This document shows, one piece after another, positions 54,490-64,000 of a DNA stretch of 64,000 nt (positions within the stretch are counted from its first letter, which is position 1; every line of letters starts with the position of its first letter). Below the pieces are notes generated by a model. The model searched no databases and was not told the DNA's origin. It was given only the letters and a program-made list of their open reading frames with translations. This DNA is from Lama guanicoe. Taxonomy: Eukaryota. Location: contig MU053934.1 in NCBI GenBank assembly GCA_013239625.1, positions 5,536,399-5,600,398 on the forward strand, written 5' to 3'. The translations under genes and the position numbers were made by a program.

Positions 54490-54780
54490 CCTTTCAAAAC
54501 AGACTCATTGAGGTAAAAGTCACATACAACAAAACACATTCTTTTGAAGGGTACAATTCAATGGTTTTTAGTATGTTCACAGAGTGGTGCAACCATCACC
54601 ACAATAAATTTTAGAATATTTTCATCACTCCAGAGAAGGATTCCCAATCATTAAGAGTCATTCCCTTCCCAGACCCCCACCCTCCTCCTAGCCCTAGACA
54701 ATCACTAATCTACTTTACATCTCAATAGATATTGAGCATTTCATATCGATAGAATCATAAGGTAGATGGTCTTTGTGAGT
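54490..54780 (-). mobile_element. LINE-1 3' end fragment
   Basis: gtacaattcaatggtttttagtatgttcacagagtggtgcaaccatcaccaca...ttttagaatattttcatcac. Confidence 0.82.
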
Positions 54781-55705
54781 GTTGGGAGCTGCTGGTGGGA
54801 AAAGCAGCAGTTGAAGTGGGCTTTGTTATTTCAGTGGGGATGTGTGGACCCTGGGGCATGAGAACCCAAGTAGCAGCACTTCATTTCCAGGGGAAAGTGA
54901 GCATGGCTGTTATAATAAGCGGGGCCGGTGGAGTTACTAGGATATCTGTCCTGCAGAGAATGCTGTGGCTAATTGATCACAGAGTCCCTAAAACCAAAAT
55001 ATATGAGCAGCCCACCCTCTAAGTTCCTCTTTGACTTGCACATCTGAAAAAACTTCAAGTCTGGTGAACAGAGCTCTGACTTTAGTCACTTGGCTCTCCT
55101 GGTGGGAGTGGGAGTTAAGGTGGATCAAGTAATAAATGGAGTTTGACTAGAATGACTTCACAATCGTCCCTGTGGCTCTCTGGGGCTATTTGTCTCCCTG
55201 CCCCCGATTATATAGCTGGAAGGGATATCCCCAGCCATTGGCGGAATTACTGTATCAGCTCTGGGACTGGCAGAGTAAGGGATCTGATGAGGAGAGAAGT
55301 CAAATGGAAACCCCTCCTTATTGAAGTGATAAGCCAAAAGCAATATTGCACCCCCTGGGGACTGAAGAGATTACTAGTGTCATCAAGGCCTTTGAGGTGC
55401 AGAGTGCTGATTTTGTCATATTCCCACTTCCCTCTCAGCCGGGCCAGTGTGGCAGGCGGGTGGGGGTGAGGGAAAGCCAGTGGATGACCATAAACTTAAT
55501 GATGGGGTGACTCCCATTGCATCTGCTATTTCAGATGTGGTATTATTGCTGGGGAAACAAATACAGCCCCTGACACCTGGTGCACAGTTACTGATCCAGC
55601 AGATGCCTTTTCCTCCATTCCAAGAAGCAGAAGGGACCAGAAAGCCTGCTTTTATTTGTTAGGGTCATCTACTGTACCTTTACCATCTTGCCTGAGGACT
55701 TCATC
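54781..55705 (+). mobile_element. ERVL internal fragment (decayed gag/pro/RT)
   Basis: ISQKQYCTP and VDDHKLNDGVTPIASAISDVVLLL resemble the ERV-L RT N-terminus (VDYRKLNQVVTPIAAAVPDVVSLL). Confidence 0.8.
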
Positions 55706-55716
55706 ATCTCTCTCTC

Positions 55717-56242
55717 TCTTTTTTTTTTTTCACTTTTATTTTTTATTGAAGTGTAGTTGATTTACATTATTAGTTTCAGGTGAACAGCCAAGTGATTCAG
55801 TTATACATATACATACATATATATTTTTTCTTTTCAGATTATTTTCCATTATATGTTATTATAACAAATTGAATATAGTTCCCTGTGCTCTACAGTAGCT
55901 CCTTGTTTTCTTTTAATCTATTTTAATATAGTAATGTGTATCTGTTAATCCCCAAACTCTTAATTTATCCCTCCTCCACCCTTTCCCCTTTGGTAACCAT
56001 AGTTTGTTTTTTACGTCAGTGAGTCTGTTTTTGGTTTGTAAATAGAATTTGTATCATTTTTTTAAGATTCCACATATAAGTGATATATGATACTTGTCTC
56101 TGTCTGGCATACTTCACTTAATATGAGAATCTCTAGGTCTATCCATGTTGCTGCAAATGGCATGATTTCATTCTTTTTTATCGCAGAGTAGTATTCCATT
56201 GCATATAAACACACCACATCGTTATCCATTCATCTGTCAGTG
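55717..56242 (-). mobile_element. Relatively young LINE-1 3' end
   Basis: Poly(T) then tttattgaagtgtagttgattt...tccatgttgctgcaaatggca...tatccattcatctgtc. Confidence 0.9.
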
Positions 56243-56279
56243 TAGTAATCGGCTGTAAGTCTCATTTTCCCAACCTGTA

Positions 56280-57990
56280 AACTTTGAAATGCCCAGGGCC
56301 GAGCCCTCACAGCTCCTCCTGTCACCATCACTTTCTCTGTGAGTTCATCCTGTGTCATCAGTTTAACTTCATAGCTGCAGGTGTGACCTCTCCCCGGAAC
56401 TTCTGACTCACATCCAACTACTACCCAACATTTTCACTCAGATGTTAATAGGCATCTCACACGTAACGAATCCAAACAGAACTCTTCATTTCTCCTCCAA
56501 ATCTTCTCCTCCCACAGTCTTCCCTAACTCAGGAAATGACAACTCCATTCTGCCAGTTGTTTGGGCCAAAAACCTAGGCATCATCCTTGCTTCTTTCTCT
56601 CGCACATTTCTCGTCCAGTCTTCAGCAAGTTGTCCTGACTCTATGTAATGTACAGGAACCCATCATTCCTCCCCACCCCCACCTCCCTGATCTAAGGTAC
56701 CAGATTATATTTCAACTGGATTATTGCGATAGTATTATGTATTGGATGCTTCTGGTCACCCAGCTCACATTTCCCTCGGCCACCTCTGACTTCGACTCCA
56801 GTGCAGCAGACAGTTGTGCGTGAGGTCAGCTGATCTTGTGCAGGTGGTGTCTTGCCTTGAGCACGCACCTTGTGTCCGTTTGCTTTTTGCCCAAGATGTC
56901 AATGCCGTCAGAGCCCTCTGGGCGCCATAATAAGATTCACCTTGTGCCGAACAGCCTCTTGCCTCGAGTGTGAGCTGCACACCTTCTTGCTTTCGGCCCC
57001 ATGGAAGCTTGATGCTAAAGTGGAGGCTCCTCTCCCTGTGCACCCGGAGTGCAGAGATAACGCCCCAGGGGCCACACTCAACCAGTGGGGGTCGAGGCAA
57101 CTGGGTAAACATTCCTGCCTCCCATCCTGCATGCACATGACTCTGGGAAGCAGCCTGTGCACTTTCCAAGGATCCTGGGAAACTCAAGCTCCTGTTGCTC
57201 ACAGCAGTGACGTTGATAATGCACCTTTCTCTTGTCTTTTTCTCCTTTTCTGTCTCATTGTCCCCACTCCCTCATGTCTGCTCCCTGGGTCATCTCTCAG
57301 AAAAGACACGTGCACATAAGTCCTTGTCTCAGGCTCTGTCTTCAAGAGAACCCAAACTAAAATATCCTTTCACTTTGTTTCCCTTGCTACCCAGCAGCAG
57401 ACTGATTCTTTTAAAACATGTTTCATCATGTCCCTCCTCAGCTGAAAACACTCCAGTGACTCCCATTTTCCCTAAAGAAAAAGCCAAAGTCCTTACGACA
57501 TGGCTAAGGCTGGACAGAATCTGCCCATCTCTTGATTTCTTCTGTGATGTCATCTCCTGCTAATCTCCCCTTTGCTCTACTATAGCCACGACTATAGTTC
57601 TCCAAAGACACCAGCACACTCCTGCCTCAGGGCCTTTGCACTGGCTATTTCTGCTGTCTGGAACACTCTTCCTCCAGATATTTCCAAGTATGTGTCTTTA
57701 CTTTCTTCAGACCTTTTCCCAAGAGGCCTTCCTATGTACAGTAGCAACCTCCCCCTACTTCTGGTATTCCTTGGTCCCCTCACCCTCCTTTAAGTTTTTC
57801 ATAGTACTGATCATCAATATCATAATTTGTCTTTTGGGGGGTATATTTTCTGTCTCTCCTTACCCCCAACTTCAAAATAATTTCATGAGGACAGGGATTT
57901 GGGGACTTTATTGTTTTTTTCACTGCAGAGCCTAGAACAGTGCTTGGCAAGTAGTAAGTACTCAATAAATATTTGTTGTATGAAGCAAAT
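56280..57990 (+). mobile_element. LINE-2 interrupted by an LTR-like insert (~56735-57360)
   Basis: catatccaactactacc...ccaaaaacctaggcatcatccttg...cctcagggcctttgcactggct...gtactcaataaatatttgttg. Confidence 0.8.
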
Positions 57991-58699
57991 AAGTAAGACT
58001 GAAGAAGCGTGTACAGATCAGACTGTGTTTACTCTGACCTCCCAAATCTGGCAGCGGGTGTGGTGGCAGCTCTTGGCTGCCAGGGGCCCTGGAGGTTGGC
58101 AGCAGGAAGCCCCTCCTGAGAATTCCCTCAATACTTTGCGCTCAAAGCCTGTTCCTGATTATTTCTTTGGGAGTCTTTGCTTTGAAGTTTGTCTCAAGTT
58201 GTTCCAGGTTTTAGGATTTCAGAGCATTTAGAAAACTAAAACTTCTGTAAGCCTGGCCCATGCTGATCCTGTGCAGAAGGGAGTTTGTCCCCTTCTGGTC
58301 TCCAAGACCCTGGCCATCACCAACTTGGGTGACCTGAGTCTCCTCTGAGTGCCAACAACGCCTCAGCTTCTGAAGGACGCTGGTAGTCTAGGCAGGGACA
58401 TGGGTGGAATCCGTCAGGGCACTGGGAAGGGGCCCAGGTGCCTGGGGGCAGGCATGCTGGGTCCAGTGTGGCACTCCCTAGCTTTGGGAACAGTCAGCGC
58501 CCCCAACCAGGCCTGGCCACGTGGCGCAGGCACCTACCTGGGGTGAGGGGCTGGCCAGGCTCCTTTTCTCCAGAGAGAGGCAGCCCATTTGCCTTTGCAG
58601 AGACTCGCATCCTCACATGAAGCACGCAGCACTCCCCGTGGCACAGGAGACACAGCCCCAGGTGCCAGAGGGAAGGAAGCCTCCTGCCTGATGGGGTTG

Positions 58700-59100
58700 C
58701 CTGAGCCCGGCTCCGGCCCGCTGCGCTCTGCAGGCAGGCAGAAGTCGGAGCTGCGGCGCGGGACTGAAGAGGTTAACGAGGATCTGCCTCCTAATGTTGA
58801 TGTGTCTAGGTGATGTCAGTGGGAGCCGGGGAAGGAGGGAGGGGAGAGCGGTGGGGCTCCGAGGCGTGGAGGCTGCAGGGGCCGAGGAAGACCCCCTTGC
58901 GGACTGCGGGGCTCGGGCTCGGGCTGCGGGACAGCGCGGCGGGCGGAGGCTGCCGCAGCCTGCGGGGGCGGACGGGCGCGCAGGCGACGCGCACCGGCAC
59001 GATGGACCTGGAAGCCTCGCTGCTGCCCACCGGCCCCAACGCCAGCAACACCTCGGATGGCCCGGATAACCTCACCTCGGCCGGTGAGACGGGTTGGAGG
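58700..59100 (+). promoter_or_regulatory. MCHR1: CpG-rich MCHR1 promoter / 5' leader
   Basis: Locally high GC and CpG density around and upstream of exon 1. Confidence 0.7.
59002..59083 (+). CDS. MCHR1: Melanin-concentrating hormone receptor 1, coding exon 1 (canonical Met start)
   Basis: Translates MDLEASLLPTGPNASNTSDGPDNLTSA+G with three N-glycosylation sequons (NAS, NTS, NLT). 82 nt, phase 1, followed by donor G|GTGAGA at 59084. Confidence 0.97.
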
Positions 59101-60330
59101 GGAATCCTCCCTCCACTGCGCTGGGGGTGGGAAATGGGAAGGCTTCCCCTCTGAGCCAAACTGCTTGGGAAACTTTATTACAGTTCTTGGAGACAAGATC
59201 TGCAGTCTGCTTTGCCCAGAGGGGAAGGGGAGAAGGGGCAGGGGCAAAGAAGAGGGCAAAGGCACGTTGGGAAGTGCAGGGCATGGTGGCCAGCCTGAGG
59301 GAGGCAGGGGCAGACTGCTGAGGAGTTCCACAGATGCGTTGCAGAAAAAAATTCCAAGCTAGAAAAGCAAGCCAAAGAAGCTGTAGGATGGTATGTGGGG
59401 TTCAGCCCGAGGCTTACTCATTCACTGATCCTCTTGGCTTTTTACTTGGACTGCGGGTTATGGGGTCTGAAACACCCTTACTGCCTCCTGGGAAAGGCCA
59501 CGGGAAGGGACAACTCAGAGCCGTGAGGGGATTAACTTTGCTGGCGAATGAAGCGTCCTGACATTTCCATAGCTGAGATGCCCTGGGATTCTAGCTTTGA
59601 AGGAGAAGAGAAGGAAGGAAAAAGAGGAAAGGCTTGTATGGAAAAAATTCTCAGGCAGCTGGGCTGCAAAACACAGTTTCAGTCTCTGGTCACTCAGGAA
59701 GCCCAGGCTCAGAAGACAGGGATCAAGGAAACCCCTGAGAGGGAATTGGCGGGGGGCGGGGGACGGGAGAGAGCTGTGGGCCTGAGGGGCAAAAGCCTCC
59801 ACGAGACAGTCACCTACAGAGATGCCCAAGAATCAGTGCATGGCTTCCCACCAGCGATTCCTAAAATGAAATGCTCAGGGCTGCAAACAGGAAAGGAGAA
59901 ACCACACGCACAGGCATGCGCCCACATGCACACTTTCGTGTCATGCTGGCTATTTTGATGATGTTTCCTGGTAAAGCCCAGAGGCCCACAGAACAATTCT
60001 CTGCAGACAGCTGTGGTTCTCAACTCTGTACTTCTGAGAAAACGCAGGAGACAGAGGATTGGTCCTTCAAGGAACAGGTGGTGTGGGAGACGCTGGTGGG
60101 ACTGACCAGGGAACCAGTGCAGGAGGGCACGGGGGCAGGATTAGCAGCCGTGTGGGGAGGGAGGATGGTAGGGGGGACTCCAGATGAGTGGTGGGCCCTG
60201 AGCTGAAATGGCAGGGAGGATGAGGAGGTGAGCAGGCGCGTGGCTGGAGGCTGAGCACGCCAGCAGAATGTCAGCCCCCAGAGAGCAGAGTCCTTGTCAA
60301 ATGGTCAACACTTGCTCCTTCTGTCCCCAG

Positions 60331-61310
60331 GGCTGCCTCCACGCACAGGGAGCATCTCCTACATCAACATCATCATGCCTTCTGTGTTCGGTACCATCTG
60401 CCTCCTGGGCATCATTGGGAACTCCACGGTCATCTTTGCGGTGGTGAAGAAATCCAAGCTGCACTGGTTCAGCAACGTCCCCGACATATTCATCATCAAC
60501 CTCTCGGTGGTGGACCTCCTCTTTCTCCTGGGCATGCCCTTCATGATCCACCAGCTCATGGGCAATGGCGTCTGGCACTTTGGAGAGACCATGTGCACCC
60601 TCATCACGGCCATGGATGCCAACAGTCAGTTCACCAGCACCTACATCCTGACCGCCATGGCCATTGACCGCTACCTGGCCACGGTCCACCCCATCTCCTC
60701 CACCAAGTTCCGGAAGCCCTCTGTGGCCACCCTGGTGATCTGCCTCCTGTGGGCCCTCTCCTTCATCAGCATCACCCCCGTGTGGCTCTACGCCAGGCTC
60801 ATCCCCTTCCCAGGGGGCACAGTGGGCTGCGGCATCCGCCTGCCCAACCCAGACACTGACCTGTACTGGTTCACCCTGTACCAGTTTTTCCTGGCCTTTG
60901 CCCTGCCCTTTGTGGTCATCACGGCCGCATACGTGAGGATCCTGCAGCGCATGACATCCTCGGTCGCTCCTGCCTCTCAACGCAGCATCCGGCTGCGGAC
61001 AAAGAGGGTGACCCGCACGGCCATCGCTATCTGCCTGGTCTTCTTTGTGTGCTGGGCACCCTACTACGTGCTCCAGCTGACCCAGCTGTCCATCAGCCGC
61101 CCGACGCTCACCTTTGTCTACCTGTATAATGCGGCCATCAGCTTGGGCTACGCCAACAGCTGCCTCAACCCCTTTGTGTACATCGTGCTCTGTGAGACGT
61201 TCCGAAAACGCTTGGTTCTGTCGGTGAAGCCTGCGGCCCAGGGGCAGCTCCGAGCCGTCAGCAACGCCCACACGGCTGATGAGGAGAGGACAGAAAGCAA
61301 GGGTTCCTGA
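60331..61310 (+). CDS. MCHR1: Melanin-concentrating hormone receptor 1, coding exon 2 (7TM class A GPCR)
   Basis: Acceptor cttctgtccccag|G at 60330. 980 nt, which with exon 1 gives 1062 nt = 353 aa + TGA. Motifs: GN (TM1), TAMDANSQF (TM3 Asp), DRY, CWAPYY, NPFVY, IC3 APASQ. Confidence 0.98.
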
Positions 61311-61788
61311 CATGCCCCCTGCCACACTGGGCACCTCCGTGTCAGGATGTTATGACAGACCATGGGGAGAGATGCTGAGAGGAACCCAAGACCCCTCGGG
61401 GGGGACGTAGGAGGCTGGGGTGGTTGCAACTACAGGGCCCACAGATTGCCAGGGAGGCTCAGAGCCAGATTTGGGGCTTCAAGGATCAGAAATCTCTTTG
61501 GGAGAGCAGGAGGAGACCTTTGGGTTGAACAGAACTGAGCAAGAAGATTGCTTTAAATGTTTAGTTGAGCCCTACTTCTGCTAACTTCCAAATGTCTTTC
61601 TCCCAAAAGGAGAGGTGGAAGGCTTCTGGCTGGATGTATTTAAGAACAGGCAGGGCTGGGGTGTGAGTAGCGGGGCCATACGGCACAGGGTCCTGGGGAG
61701 ATGAAGGTGGTGGGGCCTCTGCAGTCTTTCCCATCTCTCATTGGTATGACGGAGGGCTGCCTTTCTCCCAAGCTGGAGGATGATGAAA

Positions 61789-61794
61789 AATAAA
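61789..61794 (+). other. MCHR1: Candidate MCHR1 polyadenylation signal
   Basis: AATAAA ~480 nt after the stop codon, followed by GT-rich sequence (cgtgtctccgtgtt). Confidence 0.6.
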
Positions 61795-64000
61795 GCATGC
61801 CGTGTCTCCGTGTTCCAGCATCCTGTGTCCGTTTCCCTTTATCTCTAGGGGAGGCATGTTTATTTTGAGGGGGTGAGGCTCTGAGTCCACAGGGGTGAAG
61901 GCCTGATTTGCTAGGAGATCCACTTATTGGGAATGACAAGGCTACCTGGGGTGGGCGGGGGTGGAGGCCTTGAAATTAAGAAAAGTGGGGGTGGGGTGGC
62001 CAGGGGGCTTTTGCAGTTATGAGGACATTGTCTTCATGAGGTACATTTATCAATCAACAGATCCAGAGTGAGCAGCCACCAGTGTCCCACATGTGCAGGG
62101 GTCATTCTGATGGCTGGTGTGTTTGGCATCATCTTTTTGCTCTGGCCCTTTCTCTGCAAAATAAAAACGAATAAAGGAAAATCTCCACCCACGTCTCTCT
62201 GGATGCGCCTGTATAATTGCTTGGGCTTGGGTGTAGGGGTCAGGGTAGCGGTGGGCGGCCGAAAAGGAAGAGGGGTCATTTGGCTGTGGAATCCAGACCT
62301 TGGTTCAGGCTGCATTTTAGAAGAAGAAGCAGGGGATCTGCTTGTCTAAACCCACAGGGAGGATTCAGTGACACAAAGGGAATTACTGTGAATTCATTAG
62401 ATTGAAATTCTGCTGCTGGGTTTATTCTCAGGACTCAGCTTCCTGTCTTCTGCTCAAAAGCACTTGGCTGTCACCAGGGCCGACCCCCCAGGCCCCGGTT
62501 CACATGTTCCCATCCTCACCTCCCCCGCTGAGTCACCGGTCACCTGGCTGGCTTCGTGGGGCAGCCAGAGCCTGCCTCTTGCTGCTGCTAAGATCCCGCG
62601 TGAGCCACGTTGAGCAAGAAGATTACAGACGGGGCCTCTGGGCGGCGGCCAAGGCTGCTGCTTCTCAGCTTCTTCATACGAGGGGCCGGGAGCCAGGAGT
62701 CCTGCAAGAAGCGCTCAGCAGATGTTGATGAGATAGTGGGAGCAAACTGCGAGCTCCTGACTTGTCCCGATGCATCCTTAAAGCAGGTGTATCAGCACAG
62801 CCTCTTCTTGCTGGTTATTTTTCACTGCGGAGTTGCCGCAGGTAGCCTGTGTAGTGACCTTCTGGGCAGCTTTTGGGGTCTTGGGGAGCTCTTTTTAATC
62901 ATCATCATTAGCTGTAGTATTTCCTGAGTGCATTCCACTCCACCCAGTGCACAGGGAGGTGGAAGAGGGTGGCGCAGGGGACGGAGCTGATGGATAGTTT
63001 TCCTTACTTGCTAACAGTGGGATCTCTAGGTGTTATGGGTAAGCTCCAAATCCATTTTAGATGCACATCCAACAAAAGAAAAAGATTCTTAGGGAAGCCT
63101 TGAGGCAACTCCTCAAGATTGATTGATTCCAGAAAAGGAGGTTTTTCTGCATCTGGTTTGCTTATGAAATGTTTCCCCAGGGTCTCTCTGCCTCACACCC
63201 GTCCCTGTCCTGGGAGAAATCTGGGAGAGGAAATAGATGAGATGGCCTCTCCCAGGAAACACAAGCGACCAAGTCTACAGGTGGGTGAGTGGGCGGGTGA
63301 ACAACCTGCTGAAGTCCCCAGTGACTCTCAACCCTGTATTGAAAACTGAAATTGAAGCAGAGTTGGTTGGGACAGGAAAGTGAGTGGGTGGTGATGTAAA
63401 CAGTGCAGAAGGGAGAGGATGGGGAGAAGCGGTGAAGTTGGGAGCTGGAGACAGAAAACAGGGCAGGGAGATTATCACCAAGGTTGAGGGAACTGTTACT
63501 GGCACATCACTCCCTCATCCTTACCCAGTAGTAACCTGAACACACTGGAGGAGCCACTGGATAAGGAGAAACACGTGACTTGGTGGTGGGAATGGTGGAC
63601 AGTTCACAGGGCTGGGGGGGCTCTGAGGAATTTTCCTTTGCTCCTCACTGAACCTGGGGCTGTGGGTAGTGGGAACTCCAGAGAACTGTGGGGACCACCG
63701 TGAGATACAGAGAGGACCCAAGAAGGCGGTGAAGGGGACACTCCTTTTTCCTATACCGTGTCCAACAAATACTGTCTTTCCCATTGGGCCCCGTCAAAGC
63801 AATCCCCAGACCCAGATCTACTCCCCAGAAAATACTTCCTCTCCAGCTGTGAGGATTCTGTCTCTAAAAGCCCTGTGGTAGAAGGATTGCACAGCCAAGG
63901 GACTTACTCCTAACTCACAGGTTAGCCAAACCAAAGTTACAAGTGAATGCGTGGAACCTTTCTACATACTGATATTCACTAAAGAAATAATGCCTAGATT

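Noticed and set aside
60294..60330. N-terminal MSNGQHLLLLSP of the 338-aa ORF
   Set aside because: Intronic read-through from a non-ATG start. The true exon begins after the AG at 60329-60330.
60297..61334. 345-aa antisense ORF overlapping MCHR1 exon 2
   Set aside because: Expected shadow ORF of a GC3-rich coding exon. It is co-extensive with the exon and has no recognisable protein features.
62400..62930. GC-rich stretch with ~105-aa ORFs downstream of MCHR1
   Set aside because: Non-ATG starts, no recognisable homology and no clear splice structure.

Overview
Mammalian genomic DNA, most likely a camelid (alpaca/camel), judged from four tRNA-derived SINE copies resembling the camelid Vic-1 family. 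The window covers the MRTFA (MKL1)-MCHR1 locus. The left ~36 kb is AT-rich intron of MRTFA on the minus strand: CpG-island promoter and non-coding exon 1 at ~36.1-36.4 kb, and a 62-nt exon 2 at 7255-7316. The right end holds an intact two-exon MCHR1 gene (+ strand, 353 aa, CDS 59002-59083 + 60331-61310). There are three processed pseudogenes: ARF4 (near full length, antisense inside MRTFA intron 1, inserted into a MER102-like transposon), HSPE1 (inserted into an ERV1-like LTR) and SEC61A2 (5'-truncated). The rest is mostly L1, L2, MIR, MaLR/ERVL/ERV1 and DNA-transposon fossils. I found no convincing new multi-gene system. The best leads are a strong-Kozak uORF filling MRTFA exon 2, a doubly frameshifted but still open MCHR1 N-terminal extension, an ~88-nt extended hairpin in unique MRTFA intron sequence, and a long GAG/GAA tract grown from a SINE tail in intron 1. 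Gene and repeat-family names come from recalled sequences, not database searches, and repeat boundaries are approximate.
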